From NCBI GenBank assembly GCA_903865705.1, contig CAIPKT010000104.1, positions 56,444 to 120,443 on the forward strand: a stretch of 64,000 bases of DNA, read 5' to 3'. The notes under the pieces are model-generated. The model was not told the DNA's origin. It saw only the letters and a list, made by a program, of their open reading frames with translations, and did no database searches. Positions within the stretch are counted from its first letter, which is position 1; every line of letters begins with the position of its first letter. Source of the DNA: an uncultured Chlorobiaceae bacterium (GTDB lineage Bacteria > Bacteroidota > Chlorobiia > Chlorobiales > Chlorobiaceae). Made by a program: the position numbers and the translations under genes. Positions 1-8,351 of this stretch are shown piece after piece.

Positions 1-491
1 TATTCTGGGCCGTGCTACCATGGGCCAGTTTGGTCAGCACTCTGGTGCTGCTCGCCCTGATTGACTGGGACACAACTCTGTTGCCAGACTGGGTTGTCTT
101 GCCGCTGGGGGTGGGAGGCCTGGCCAGCAGTTATGTCGGGCTTACCTCGCAAACTCTGTTTGTCAGTGCAACATCTGCCGCCGTGATGCTGGGCTTGATG
201 GGCGGGCTTGCCTGGGTGTTTCAGCGCATCAAAGGCGAAAGTGGTATCGGTGCCGGTGACCTCAACCTCCTGGCCGCACTAGCCACCTGGTGGGGCGTTG
301 TCGGGGTGCTTTACATGGTGTTGTGGTCCAGTGTGGGTACCGTGGTCTGGTATTTGGTGTGGCGTCGATTCAAAGGCCTCAGTCGCGAAGCCGAATGGCC
401 ATTTGGTCCCGCCATTGTGGTGGCTGCACTGGTATGGGGCTTGATGGTTGCTTATTCCCCCTTCAAGCTCGATGATCTAAAAAACCATTAG
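1..491 (+). CDS. pilD: Type IV prepilin leader peptidase (A24 family), C-terminal part; 5' end lies outside the window
   Basis: Frame is open from the window edge to TAG at 489-491. Multi-TM protein with LIDWDTTLLPD and GAGDLNLLAALATWWG, the two Asp-containing motifs typical of A24 prepilin peptidases. Visibly G+C-rich compared with what follows. Confidence 0.75.
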   Translation, partial: FWAVLPWASLVSTLVLLALIDWDTTLLPDWVVLPLGVGGLASSYVGLTSQTLFVSATSAAVMLGLMGGLAWVFQRIKGESGIGAGDLNLLAALATWWGVVGVLYMVLWSSVGTVVWYLVWRRFKGLSREAEWPFGPAIVVAALVWGLMVAYSPFKLDDLKNH

Positions 492-506
492 CGACAGCTT
501 GAAAAT

Positions 507-2360
507 ATGAGGAAGATAAAGTTTGAATTTCCTGTAGACAGCGATAATGGATATCATCCTTTATTCATAGTTATAATAATATTATTATTTCATACTATCA
601 TTTTCATCAATAATTCCGAGGCGATTCTAAATCAAATCACCATACGCGATTTTGATGGTTACTGGCATCTATTAAGAGTCGAAAGTTTATATAATACCGG
701 TAATATTTACGATACTGCTCTGTTTCGCAGTAATGCTCCATACGGCGAAAGCCTTCACTGGACAAAAGCCTTTGATTTAATATTATATGCTGGTGCATAT
801 ATCGGATCCATTTTTGTTGATTTTAAAGTTGCCTTATTCTGGTGGGCCATTATTGTTAACCCTGTTTTACATGTGTTGTCGTTTCTCGTTCTTTTCTGGA
901 GTTTACGTGATTTGATTGGACATGTACGTGCATCCCTTTTCGGAATCATGTTACCTTTTCAACTATACTTGAATTCCATTTTTATTGCAGACATACCTGA
1001 TCACCACGGCAGCCTCATATTTATTTTTTCCTTATTTATAGCTCTTTTTATCAAGTCCATCCTGAATGGTAACTGGAAAGAATATTCCATCTGTGGTATC
1101 GTAGGTGGTATCGCAATTTGGTTAGGCATCGAAAGCATTGTGGTGGTTCTAATAGCTTTTTCCATCTTTGGTCTTGCATGGGTGCTTGAGGGAAAGAACT
1201 GTCAAAGCAAGAACATTCTTTTCTCATTTTTTTTATTCTCAACAACTTTTATAACGATTCTTATTGATACAAGATACGATGAGCTAATGACCATTGCCTA
1301 TGATCGTCGCTCAATAGTCCATGTTTTTCTATGGCTCACTACGACCTCTTTTTGGGTCGTAGTCGCTCTTGCAAGCAAATACACAAAGGTGCTGGACAAG
1401 AAAACTGGTCGAATCATTGCGGCTATAATTGGAGCTACTGCTTGCTTTTTGCTGACTTACGATCTATTCCCCCTCTTTTTTAAAAATCCCCTTTCCGAAG
1501 TAGACCCTACAATCAAGCTAATCTATTTAAATCAAACAAGTGAGTTTACTGGATTGTTTACTTCACCTAATAATTTATCGAAAATCCCTATTGCATATTG
1601 GGCAATGACGTTGCCTGGAGTACCTATAAGCATTCATCTTGCATGGAGTAGTTTTGGTAAAGAAAGGAAAGCGTGGATATTTATAACGCTTATCAACATA
1701 GCCTTTATTACTATGTCATTTTTTACTTTCCGAATGATTACATACGCTACACTATGTGCTCTCATCCCTATCTCTTATGCTATCTATATCCCCTTCGCTT
1801 TCATCTCTCAAAATTTTCGTTGGCCATATAATGTTCTATCAAGAGTTTTGTTAATTGCAACCTGCTGTTTTTGTTTTTTACTTCTGCCTGTTATAGCTTT
1901 TCACTCTGATAAACATGAACTGTTATTAGGTGAAAGAAAATTTTTATTTCAAATTTGTCAGTATCTTAACGATGATTCATTTTTCAAAAATAAAACTCAT
2001 CGAATACTTACGAGTATATACCTGGGCCCGTTACTACTTTACAAAACCCCGCACGAAGTGATCGGTACACCATCACATCACAATGTATCGGGCATACTCG
2101 ATACCTATTTTGTCATGAACGCACTAAGGGAGGATGATGCCCATATAATTATCCGTCGCAGGGGGATACAAGCAATACTAATAGGTCGGCCAAAGGGTGG
2201 AATTGGCGATTTCTTTATCAAAGATATTAATAAAACTCAAAATTCAGGTGAAATTTTTCATCACCAGCTCTGGAAAGGAAAGATCCCGGCATGGCTTCAA
2301 CTATATGCAGTCCCAAAATCTCTTGAAAGCAAAATAAAAGTATTCAAGGTAGTAGACTAA
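507..2360 (+). CDS. Polytopic GT-C-fold glycosyltransferase, STT3/AglB-like (divergent, no WWDYG motif seen)
   Basis: 617-aa ORF with more than 10 hydrophobic segments. Has N-terminal DGYWHLLRVE after TM1 and DIPDHHGS, reminiscent of the AglB/STT3 first-loop motifs. The C-terminal ~150 aa are soluble. Very A+T-rich. Starts 15 nt after the pilD stop. Confidence 0.5.
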   Translation: MRKIKFEFPVDSDNGYHPLFIVIIILLFHTIIFINNSEAILNQITIRDFDGYWHLLRVESLYNTGNIYDTALFRSNAPYGESLHWTKAFDLILYAGAYIGSIFVDFKVALFWWAIIVNPVLHVLSFLVLFWSLRDLIGHVRASLFGIMLPFQLYLNSIFIADIPDHHGSLIFIFSLFIALFIKSILNGNWKEYSICGIVGGIAIWLGIESIVVVLIAFSIFGLAWVLEGKNCQSKNILFSFFLFSTTFITILIDTRYDELMTIAYDRRSIVHVFLWLTTTSFWVVVALASKYTKVLDKKTGRIIAAIIGATACFLLTYDLFPLFFKNPLSEVDPTIKLIYLNQTSEFTGLFTSPNNLSKIPIAYWAMTLPGVPISIHLAWSSFGKERKAWIFITLINIAFITMSFFTFRMITYATLCALIPISYAIYIPFAFISQNFRWPYNVLSRVLLIATCCFCFLLLPVIAFHSDKHELLLGERKFLFQICQYLNDDSFFKNKTHRILTSIYLGPLLLYKTPHEVIGTPSHHNVSGILDTYFVMNALREDDAHIIIRRRGIQAILIGRPKGGIGDFFIKDINKTQNSGEIFHHQLWKGKIPAWLQLYAVPKSLESKIKVFKVVD

Positions 2361-2394
2361 TGCGGATACAATTCTTTAAAAGAAAAATTAACCA

Positions 2395-3909
2395 ATGGAT
2401 CAGAAACTTAAAATTTTAATTTTTATAGTCGCTTACAATGCGGAAAGGACGATTAACAACGTCCTAATGCGTATTCCTTCTGATCTTTTTGGCGAATACG
2501 AAACCGAAGTTTTAATTATAGACGACAAATCATCTGACGATACTGTGTTACGCTGCTTTGAGGCAATAAAAAGTGGCCAAATAAAATTCAAGATCCATGT
2601 TTTGGTAAACCCCGAAAACCAGGGATATGGGGGAAATCAGAAGATAGGTTACCAATTCGCTATTGAACATGAATTCGACTGCGTTGCACTACTACACGGC
2701 GATGGCCAATATGATCCAGAATGTTTGCGGGATCTCATAGTGCCTGTTTTAAATGAAGAGGCAGAGGCCGTATTTGGGTCCAGAATGCTGACACCGTTCG
2801 GTGCCCTAAAAGGAGGTATGCCCATCTATAAATTTGCTGGTAACAAAATTCTGACTTTTTTTCAGAATATCATGTTAAAAACCTCTCTAAGTGAATTTCA
2901 TTCCGGTTACAGAGTTTACTCCGTAAAGGCTTTGAAGCAAATTCCTTTTCATTTAAATACGTCAGATTTTCATTTTGATACCGAAATAATAATCCAATTA
3001 CTTCTTTTTGGATTCCGTATAGTAGAACGCCCTATACCAACATATTATGGGGATGAAATTAGCCATGTGAATGGGCTGAGGTATGCTTTAGATGTAGTCA
3101 TTACCACAATTAAAGCAAGGGTGCAGTACCTTGGTCTCTTTTACGAACGCAAGTTCGACATTTTCGACCAGCATAATTGTAGCGGACAGTATGAGACCAA
3201 GATGGACATAGACAGTCCATCTCGGCGCACTCTTAAAAGAATCCCCCACGGTTCTAAAGTTCTTGAATTCGGCTGCGGATCGGGGGCTCTTTTGAAAGAG
3301 CTAAGCAAAAAATCCTGTAGTGTATGCGGCGTAGACCGATTCTCCCCGAATGAGGAAGATAAGGCCACTTTTCCTTTCTACCAGTGCGACCTTAATTATG
3401 AAGAGCTGCCAATTGAACCAGGCGATTATAATTATATACTTATGCATGATGTGCTTGAACACCTGGCTAATCCAGAGACTTTTCTTGAAAAAATTTACTT
3501 TTCTTGCCATTTTTCTCCTGATTCAAGGATTATTGCCAGCACTGGAAATATTGCGTTCTTTCCGATTAGAGTTATGCTTCTTTTTGGTCAGTTTAACTAC
3601 GGAAAGAGAGGGATATTAGACATGACGCATACTCGTTTATTTACCTTCAAAACGTTCAAAAGACTATTTGAACAAGCTGGCTTTGACGTCATACACATGG
3701 AAGGTATTCCAGCTCCCGTTAACCTGGCGTTAGGTGATAACCATATCTCCAGCTGGATTGCGGTGGTAAATAGGTCGCTGATCTATCTGAGTCGTTCTCT
3801 TTTTTCATATCAGATTTATTTGGTAGCTAAACCAAAGCGCTCACTGACGCTTTTAATGAAAGAAGCAAATGAAAAAGGCCATGAATTTTCTTCATGCCTC
3901 ATGTCTTGA
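2395..3909 (+). CDS. Family 2 glycosyltransferase (polyprenyl-phosphate-sugar synthase-like) fused to a class I SAM-dependent methyltransferase domain
   Basis: N-terminal half has IFIVAYNAE, IIDDKSSDDT, LLHGDGQYDP and FGSRM (GT2 signature). C-terminal half has VLEFGCGSGALL (SAM motif I) and MHDVLEHL. 504 aa, A+T-rich. Confidence 0.75.
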   Translation: MDQKLKILIFIVAYNAERTINNVLMRIPSDLFGEYETEVLIIDDKSSDDTVLRCFEAIKSGQIKFKIHVLVNPENQGYGGNQKIGYQFAIEHEFDCVALLHGDGQYDPECLRDLIVPVLNEEAEAVFGSRMLTPFGALKGGMPIYKFAGNKILTFFQNIMLKTSLSEFHSGYRVYSVKALKQIPFHLNTSDFHFDTEIIIQLLLFGFRIVERPIPTYYGDEISHVNGLRYALDVVITTIKARVQYLGLFYERKFDIFDQHNCSGQYETKMDIDSPSRRTLKRIPHGSKVLEFGCGSGALLKELSKKSCSVCGVDRFSPNEEDKATFPFYQCDLNYEELPIEPGDYNYILMHDVLEHLANPETFLEKIYFSCHFSPDSRIIASTGNIAFFPIRVMLLFGQFNYGKRGILDMTHTRLFTFKTFKRLFEQAGFDVIHMEGIPAPVNLALGDNHISSWIAVVNRSLIYLSRSLFSYQIYLVAKPKRSLTLLMKEANEKGHEFSSCLMS

Positions 3910-4091
3910 TATATTTTTACTGCTTTTATATTCACTGCCCCTCTTCCTGAAAATCAGACACTTGTAAAGTTGAGATTTCAGGCAATGAGTCTCTTTAACA
4001 AAACGGGATTGATTTGGTTTGCACCTTCAAACTACGAGCTATGGGTGTTTTTTACGCTAACCCTGGGTGATTCTTATTTTCCTTTTTTGGC

Positions 4092-4297
4092 TTATTCTTG
4101 TTTTCCGATCACATCAGGAGAGCTGAGGCCGCGCTTACGCCAAAGATCCTTGACAGGCATGCCTGCATCGGCTTCTTTCAAGATGCTGATGATCTGTTCT
4201 GTACTGTAACGCTCGGTTTTCATGCGTGTAACCTCCTTGGTTGTTTTTATTTATTTTTTCCACAACCAAGTGGTCCTGTTTTTTGGGCTCACGTCCA
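4092..4297 (-). mobile_element. IS3-family remnant: putative left inverted repeat plus a truncated orfA (43 codons)
   Basis: Minus-strand ORF 4223..4092 reads MKTERYSTEQIISILKEADAGMPVKDLWRKRGLSSPDVIGKQE*, matching the HTH N-terminus of IS3/IS911 OrfA. GGAGG lies 8 nt upstream. TGGACGTGAGCCC...GGACCAC at 4297..4270 resembles an IS3-family terminal repeat. No orfB. Confidence 0.6.
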
Positions 4298-4312
4298 AAG
4301 CACCCTCCCGAG

Positions 4313-4360
4313 GTATAAAAAAATAAAGACCTACAAGCCAAAACCTGTAAGTCTTTATTT
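4313..4360 (-). terminator. Rho-independent terminator after tRNA-Lys
   Basis: 10-bp stem aaataaagac/gtctttattt (4321-4330 / 4351-4360) followed on the minus strand by a U-tract. Confidence 0.6.
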
Positions 4361-4364
4361 AATA

Positions 4365-4439
4365 TGGTGCACCCGGGAGGACTCGAACCTCCAACCCATT
4401 GATTAAGAGTCAATTGCTCTACCATTGAGCCACGGGTGC
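4365..4439 (-). tRNA. tRNA-Lys (anticodon CTT), CCA encoded
   Basis: Hand-folded cloverleaf: acceptor GCACCCG/CGGGTGC, anticodon loop CTCTTAA, T-loop TTCGAGT, 3' ACCA. Confidence 0.9.
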
Positions 4440-4446
4440 AAAAAAT

Positions 4447-4800
4447 CTATTTTACTGGCAACGCAGGAAGCACAGGTGCGGATGGCGCTGTGTTTGCTGG
4501 AGCCGGAGATGCGGGCAGTGCAGGAGCAGTCTGCAGCATCATACTTTCTGGTGCTTCCTTTGCAGTTCGCCCGGGAAGAGTAAATTGAGCGACAAAACAG
4601 AGCAGCATCACAATACCGGCAAGTATCGCCGTCATCTTGCTTAAAAAATCACCGGTTCTTCTTACGCCAAGCGTCTGAACGGTACCAAGGCTTGCAATGC
4701 CTCCAGTCAGACCACTTCCGCTCTTGGGGCTCTGCAACAAAATGACCCCGATCAACAGAATCGATGCAAGTAAACCAACAATGACTATGAAAACATGCAT
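4447..4800 (-). CDS. secG: Preprotein translocase subunit SecG with a Pro/Ala-rich C-terminal tail
   Basis: [34 protein letters not shown]... is the typical SecG N-terminus, followed by a second TM segment. Confidence 0.85.
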   Translation of the reverse strand: MHVFIVIVGLLASILLIGVILLQSPKSGSGLTGGIASLGTVQTLGVRRTGDFLSKMTAILAGIVMLLCFVAQFTLPGRTAKEAPESMMLQTAPALPASPAPANTAPSAPVLPALPVK

Positions 4801-4889
4801 TTCCAGCCGCTTTAATAAATTTGCAAATATCGTATCTTCACATGAAGAAGCCCTTAATTTAGCAACTTTTAAAAAATATCCAAACCGTG

Positions 4890-5129
4890 ATGGCTGATGC
4901 TGCCAAAATAGTTGTGATAACCGGCCTTGCCATTGTTGTTTTTGGCTTTTTTATGATGGCTTCAGATAAAGCTGGCTCCCGGGAGTGGTTCAACTGGCTG
5001 GGCAACCTTCCTCTCGATTTTAAAATAGAGCGGAAAAACTTCGGGTTTTATTTTCCTTTTGGAACATCATTGTTGCTCTCTTTGCTGCTCACGTTGTTCT
5101 TTTACCTTTTCAACAAATTTATACGATAA
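4890..5129 (+). CDS. Small membrane protein, DUF2905-like
   Basis: [28 protein letters not shown] pattern. The ATG at 4890 is preferred over the GTG at 4887. Confidence 0.6.
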   Translation: MADAAKIVVITGLAIVVFGFFMMASDKAGSREWFNWLGNLPLDFKIERKNFGFYFPFGTSLLLSLLLTLFFYLFNKFIR

Positions 5130-5140
5130 AAACGATCCCT

Positions 5141-5743
5141 ATGCAAGAAGAAATCAGAAGAGCAGCCCGTACCTCAACGGTCAGCAGAACCACCAAGGAG
5201 ACCGACATCACGGCAACCGTGAAGCTTGATGGCACAGGAACAAGTTCCATCAATTCGGGAGTGGTTTTTCTTGATCACATGCTCACCAATTTCTGCAAAC
5301 ACTCAGGTTTTGACCTTGCGCTGGAGTGCCGGGGGGATCTTGGTGTTGATGATCATCATACGGTTGAAGATATTGCTCTGGTTCTCGGGAGCGCGATTAC
5401 CGAGGCTCTTGGCGATAAACGTGGAATAGCGCGCTATGGCTGGGCAATTATCCCGATGGATGAAGCCTTGGCTCGCTGCGCCCTTGACCTTGGGGGAAGA
5501 AGCTGGTGCGTCTTCCATGCGGAGTTCAACCGTCCGGTTATTCAGGGTTTTTCAACAGAGATGGTAGAGCATTTCTTTATTTCGCTTTCGGGCACGTTGA
5601 AGGCCAATATCCATTTATCAATCCTTGACGGAGAGAATACGCATCACAAGATTGAGGCGCTTTTCAAATCGTTTGCTTATGCCATGAAAGCGGCGGTTGC
5701 GGTAACCGGCACCGAGATTCCGTCAACCAAAGGACAAATTTGA
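5141..5743 (+). CDS. hisB: Imidazoleglycerol-phosphate dehydratase
   Basis: 200 aa with [26 protein letters not shown] and [12 protein letters not shown] motifs. Confidence 0.95.
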   Translation: MQEEIRRAARTSTVSRTTKETDITATVKLDGTGTSSINSGVVFLDHMLTNFCKHSGFDLALECRGDLGVDDHHTVEDIALVLGSAITEALGDKRGIARYGWAIIPMDEALARCALDLGGRSWCVFHAEFNRPVIQGFSTEMVEHFFISLSGTLKANIHLSILDGENTHHKIEALFKSFAYAMKAAVAVTGTEIPSTKGQI

Positions 5744-5759
5744 GTTTTACGTTCCAATG

Positions 5760-5792
5760 CAAAAGGGCTGCCTTTTGGAGGGAGCCCTTTTG
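5760..5792. terminator. Hairpin between the convergent hisB and rny genes
   Basis: aaaagggct...agcccttttg inverted repeat flanked by A/T runs. Confidence 0.5.
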
Positions 5793-5845
5793 TGATTTCC
5801 TGATGCCTTTTTCAGAGCCGATCTTTTGACCGGTTAATACCCAAA

Positions 5846-7432
5846 TTATTTTGCGTAGGCGATTGATCGTTTTTCGCGAATGATGGATACTTTTATCTGA
5901 CCGGGATACTGTGCTTCCGATTCGATTTTGTGGGCAATATCATGAGCAAGAACATCTGCCTGTGAATCACTGACATTATCGCCTTCAACAATCACCCTGA
6001 TCTCTCTTCCAGCCTGCAAGGCATAGGTTTTAAGAACACCTGGGAATCCTTTTGCGATCTCTTCAAGGCTCTCAAGACGCTTGACGTTGCCGTCGGCCGT
6101 TACCGCACCACGGGCACCTGGCCGCGAAAGGGAAATGGTGTTGGCTGCATCAACAAGATCTGCCAGAGGGGACTCTTTGTTCACATCACCGTGATGAGCG
6201 GCAATTGCATTGAGCACCACAGCGGATTCGTTGAATTTTTTCATGAAATCCATGCCGGTGATTGCATGTGAATCATCGCTTTCCGGCAGCACAAGACCGA
6301 TGTCGTGCAGAAGACCGGCCCGCTTGGCAAGTCGAGTATCGAGCTTGAGTTCTGCCGCCATAAGACCAGCTAACATAGCAACCTCACGACTGTGCTGCAG
6401 AAGGTTCTGACCGTAAACTGTGTGGAATTTCATTTTACCGATAAGCGCTATAACCTCGTTAGGCATATCGGAAATCTGCAGCGAAGAGAGAGCCTCCTCG
6501 CCGGCACTGATAATGACATCGTCAATCTCTTTTTTCGCATCTTCATAAGCTTTCTCAATGGCTACGGGATGAATGATGCCATCAACGAGAAGTTTCTGGA
6601 GTGTGAGCTTGGCAAGTTCACGGCGAAGAGGATCAAAGCAGGAGAGAATAACCACCTCTGGAGTGTCGTCAACAATGATATCGACTCCGGTTGCATTTTC
6701 AAACGCCTTGATATTGCGACCTTCACGACCAATGATACGACCCTTGAGTTCATCGCTCTGGATATGGACAACGGAAAGGGCGTTTTCGGTAGCCTGTTCA
6801 AAGGAGATGCGCTGTATGGCTGTCAGAAGGGTTTTTTCCGCCAGGCGACCGGCTTTTTGCTCAGCCTCTTCGTGAATCTGGTGGATGGTTTCAGTCGCTT
6901 CCTCTTTTGCCTTCGCAACCATATTGTCAATCAACATTTGGCGGGCATCTTCAGCCTGAAGGTTACTGATGCTTTCAAGACGCTGGTTCTGCTCGACAAT
7001 AATGCGTTCAAGATCGGTCGAACGAAGGGTAACCGATGCCGAGACCTGCTCAATTTCCTTGCGCTGATCCTGCAACTTTCGCTCAACATCCTTGACGTCT
7101 TGGCTCTGTTTTTTCAACTGAGCCTCTTTCTGCTGTGTCTGCTTCTGCAACTGGGTATACTTGTTGTTTTTGATCACGACCTCCTGATCAAACTCCCTGC
7201 GCTTCTTTTTCCACTCCTGGTTAACTTCACTGACCTTCAGTTCTTTGTACTCGTTGGCCTCTTTCTGTGCCTCCTGTACAATCTGCACCGCACGTTCTTC
7301 TGCTTCAAGCACCTTGGTTGTTCCAATCCGTTCAAGAAAAAAACGTCCAACCAAAAAACCTGCCGCAAAAAAAATCACTGAAGCTAAAACAATTAAAATC
7401 AGGTTTATAACTATACCCATAACTATAAGCAT
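5846..7432 (-). CDS. rny: Ribonuclease Y
   Basis: N-terminal TM segment, a long Lys/Glu/Gln coiled coil, a KH domain (GREGRNIKAFENATGVDIIVDD) and an HD domain (LLHDIG, AAHHGD). Confidence 0.95.
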   Translation of the reverse strand: MLIVMGIVINLILIVLASVIFFAAGFLVGRFFLERIGTTKVLEAEERAVQIVQEAQKEANEYKELKVSEVNQEWKKKRREFDQEVVIKNNKYTQLQKQTQQKEAQLKKQSQDVKDVERKLQDQRKEIEQVSASVTLRSTDLERIIVEQNQRLESISNLQAEDARQMLIDNMVAKAKEEATETIHQIHEEAEQKAGRLAEKTLLTAIQRISFEQATENALSVVHIQSDELKGRIIGREGRNIKAFENATGVDIIVDDTPEVVILSCFDPLRRELAKLTLQKLLVDGIIHPVAIEKAYEDAKKEIDDVIISAGEEALSSLQISDMPNEVIALIGKMKFHTVYGQNLLQHSREVAMLAGLMAAELKLDTRLAKRAGLLHDIGLVLPESDDSHAITGMDFMKKFNESAVVLNAIAAHHGDVNKESPLADLVDAANTISLSRPGARGAVTADGNVKRLESLEEIAKGFPGVLKTYALQAGREIRVIVEGDNVSDSQADVLAHDIAHKIESEAQYPGQIKVSIIREKRSIAYAK

Positions 7433-7487
7433 TAAATCCCCTCCTTTTTCATGCTCTCATAACGAAACTATGAGGCACCGTTTTTAA

Positions 7488-7722
7488 ACAAAAAAACCGC
7501 ACCACGACTGATGTGCGTAAGATTCAAGAACCCGTGGTACACGGTGGGTGCCTCCTTCAGATTTTTTGCTTCCAATGGAACAGCGTTTCCACTGTTCATG
7601 AAATACCTGGCCAATAATGCCGGGTAATTCAGCAAGGCCTGCAATCAAAACGAAGAGTTTGGCTCCCTTTTTTTTGATGTTAGTTCTTTTACTTACAGAC
7701 ACGCCAATCAACTGGTGCGGAT
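7488..7722 (-). ncRNA. ssrS: Candidate 6S RNA (ssrS-like structured RNA) downstream of zapA
   Basis: The minus-strand transcript folds by hand into a long imperfect closing helix. CCGCACCA at 7720..7713 pairs with TGGTGCGG at 7504..7497, then UGAU/AUCA, GUGU/GCAC, GUAAG/CUUAC and GAAC/GUUC pair. Internal hairpins are GAACAG..CUGUUC and CCGUG..CACGG. A U7 tract follows directly. The zapA-ssrS order is the same as in E. coli. Confidence 0.4.
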
Positions 7723-7746
7723 ATTTCTTATCAATGTAAGGGTTTG

Positions 7747-8007
7747 TTACAGATTCTGCCCAATAAAAACATTAAGCCGGGCAATGTTCTGCTTCAGCAA
7801 AGCTATCTCTTCTTCAAGCTCAAACTTCTTTTCAGCAAACGAAATAGCCGCAAGTACCGCTAGCTTTACCGGTTCAAATGCCGGTGCCTTTTCAGCAAAA
7901 AGCCTCATCACCGCATCAACATCACGAGCTGCTTTTTCGGTTACTTCCCGTCTTTCGACCCTTAAAGGATAGCTGTAACCATAAACATTTACATCAATTT
8001 TTTCCAT
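7747..8007 (-). CDS. zapA: Cell division protein ZapA
   Basis: 86 aa; VNVYGYSYPLRV followed by a C-terminal coiled coil is the typical ZapA layout. Confidence 0.8.
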   Translation of the reverse strand: MEKIDVNVYGYSYPLRVERREVTEKAARDVDAVMRLFAEKAPAFEPVKLAVLAAISFAEKKFELEEEIALLKQNIARLNVFIGQNL

Positions 8008-8015
8008 CGCAATAC

Positions 8016-8336
8016 TTACAAAGCCTGATTGTTTCTGAGCTCCAGCTCTATTTTCTGCAAAATCAGAACCAACTTCTGTTTCACCTGCACTTTTTCTGCA
8101 TAGTCAAGCACTCCTACGGGAGCGCCACTTGCATCCATGGCAGAGGAACCGACCGTTCCGGGCAACTTATAATTCCTCAAAATATTTTGCAGACTTGAGA
8201 GTTCAGATCGCAATTCATTATTCTCTTTCCGGCAGTCAACCAGCCGGGCTACAAGGAGTTTAATATTATTCTCAAGAAGGTTGACCTCAAGAAGGTTCAC
8301 ATCAACCGTAATATTTTGCCCATCTAAATCTTGCAT
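8016..8336 (-). CDS. Coiled-coil protein upstream of zapA (ZapB-like, function uncertain)
   Basis: 106 aa with heptad-like Leu/Asn/Glu-rich segments. Tightly packed between pheT and zapA on the same strand. Confidence 0.5.
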   Translation of the reverse strand: MQDLDGQNITVDVNLLEVNLLENNIKLLVARLVDCRKENNELRSELSSLQNILRNYKLPGTVGSSAMDASGAPVGVLDYAEKVQVKQKLVLILQKIELELRNNQAL

Positions 8337-8351
8337 AGAAACATAAGAGTA

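Noticed and set aside
4098-4425. ORFs 4098-4406 (+) and 4135-4425 (-)
   Set aside because: They run through the tRNA-Lys gene, its terminator and the IS remnant, so they are not credible genes.
6392-7381. 329-aa ORF on the plus strand
   Set aside because: It is entirely antisense to rny, whose product has clear KH and HD motifs. The translation is low-complexity (Leu/Phe-rich), as expected from the reverse of a Lys/Glu-rich coiled-coil coding region.
7484-7711. 75-aa minus-strand ORF between zapA and rny
   Set aside because: It has a TTG start, an odd composition and no ribosome-binding site. It coincides with an extensively self-complementary region ending in a U-tract. It is better explained as a structured RNA (see the 6S candidate).
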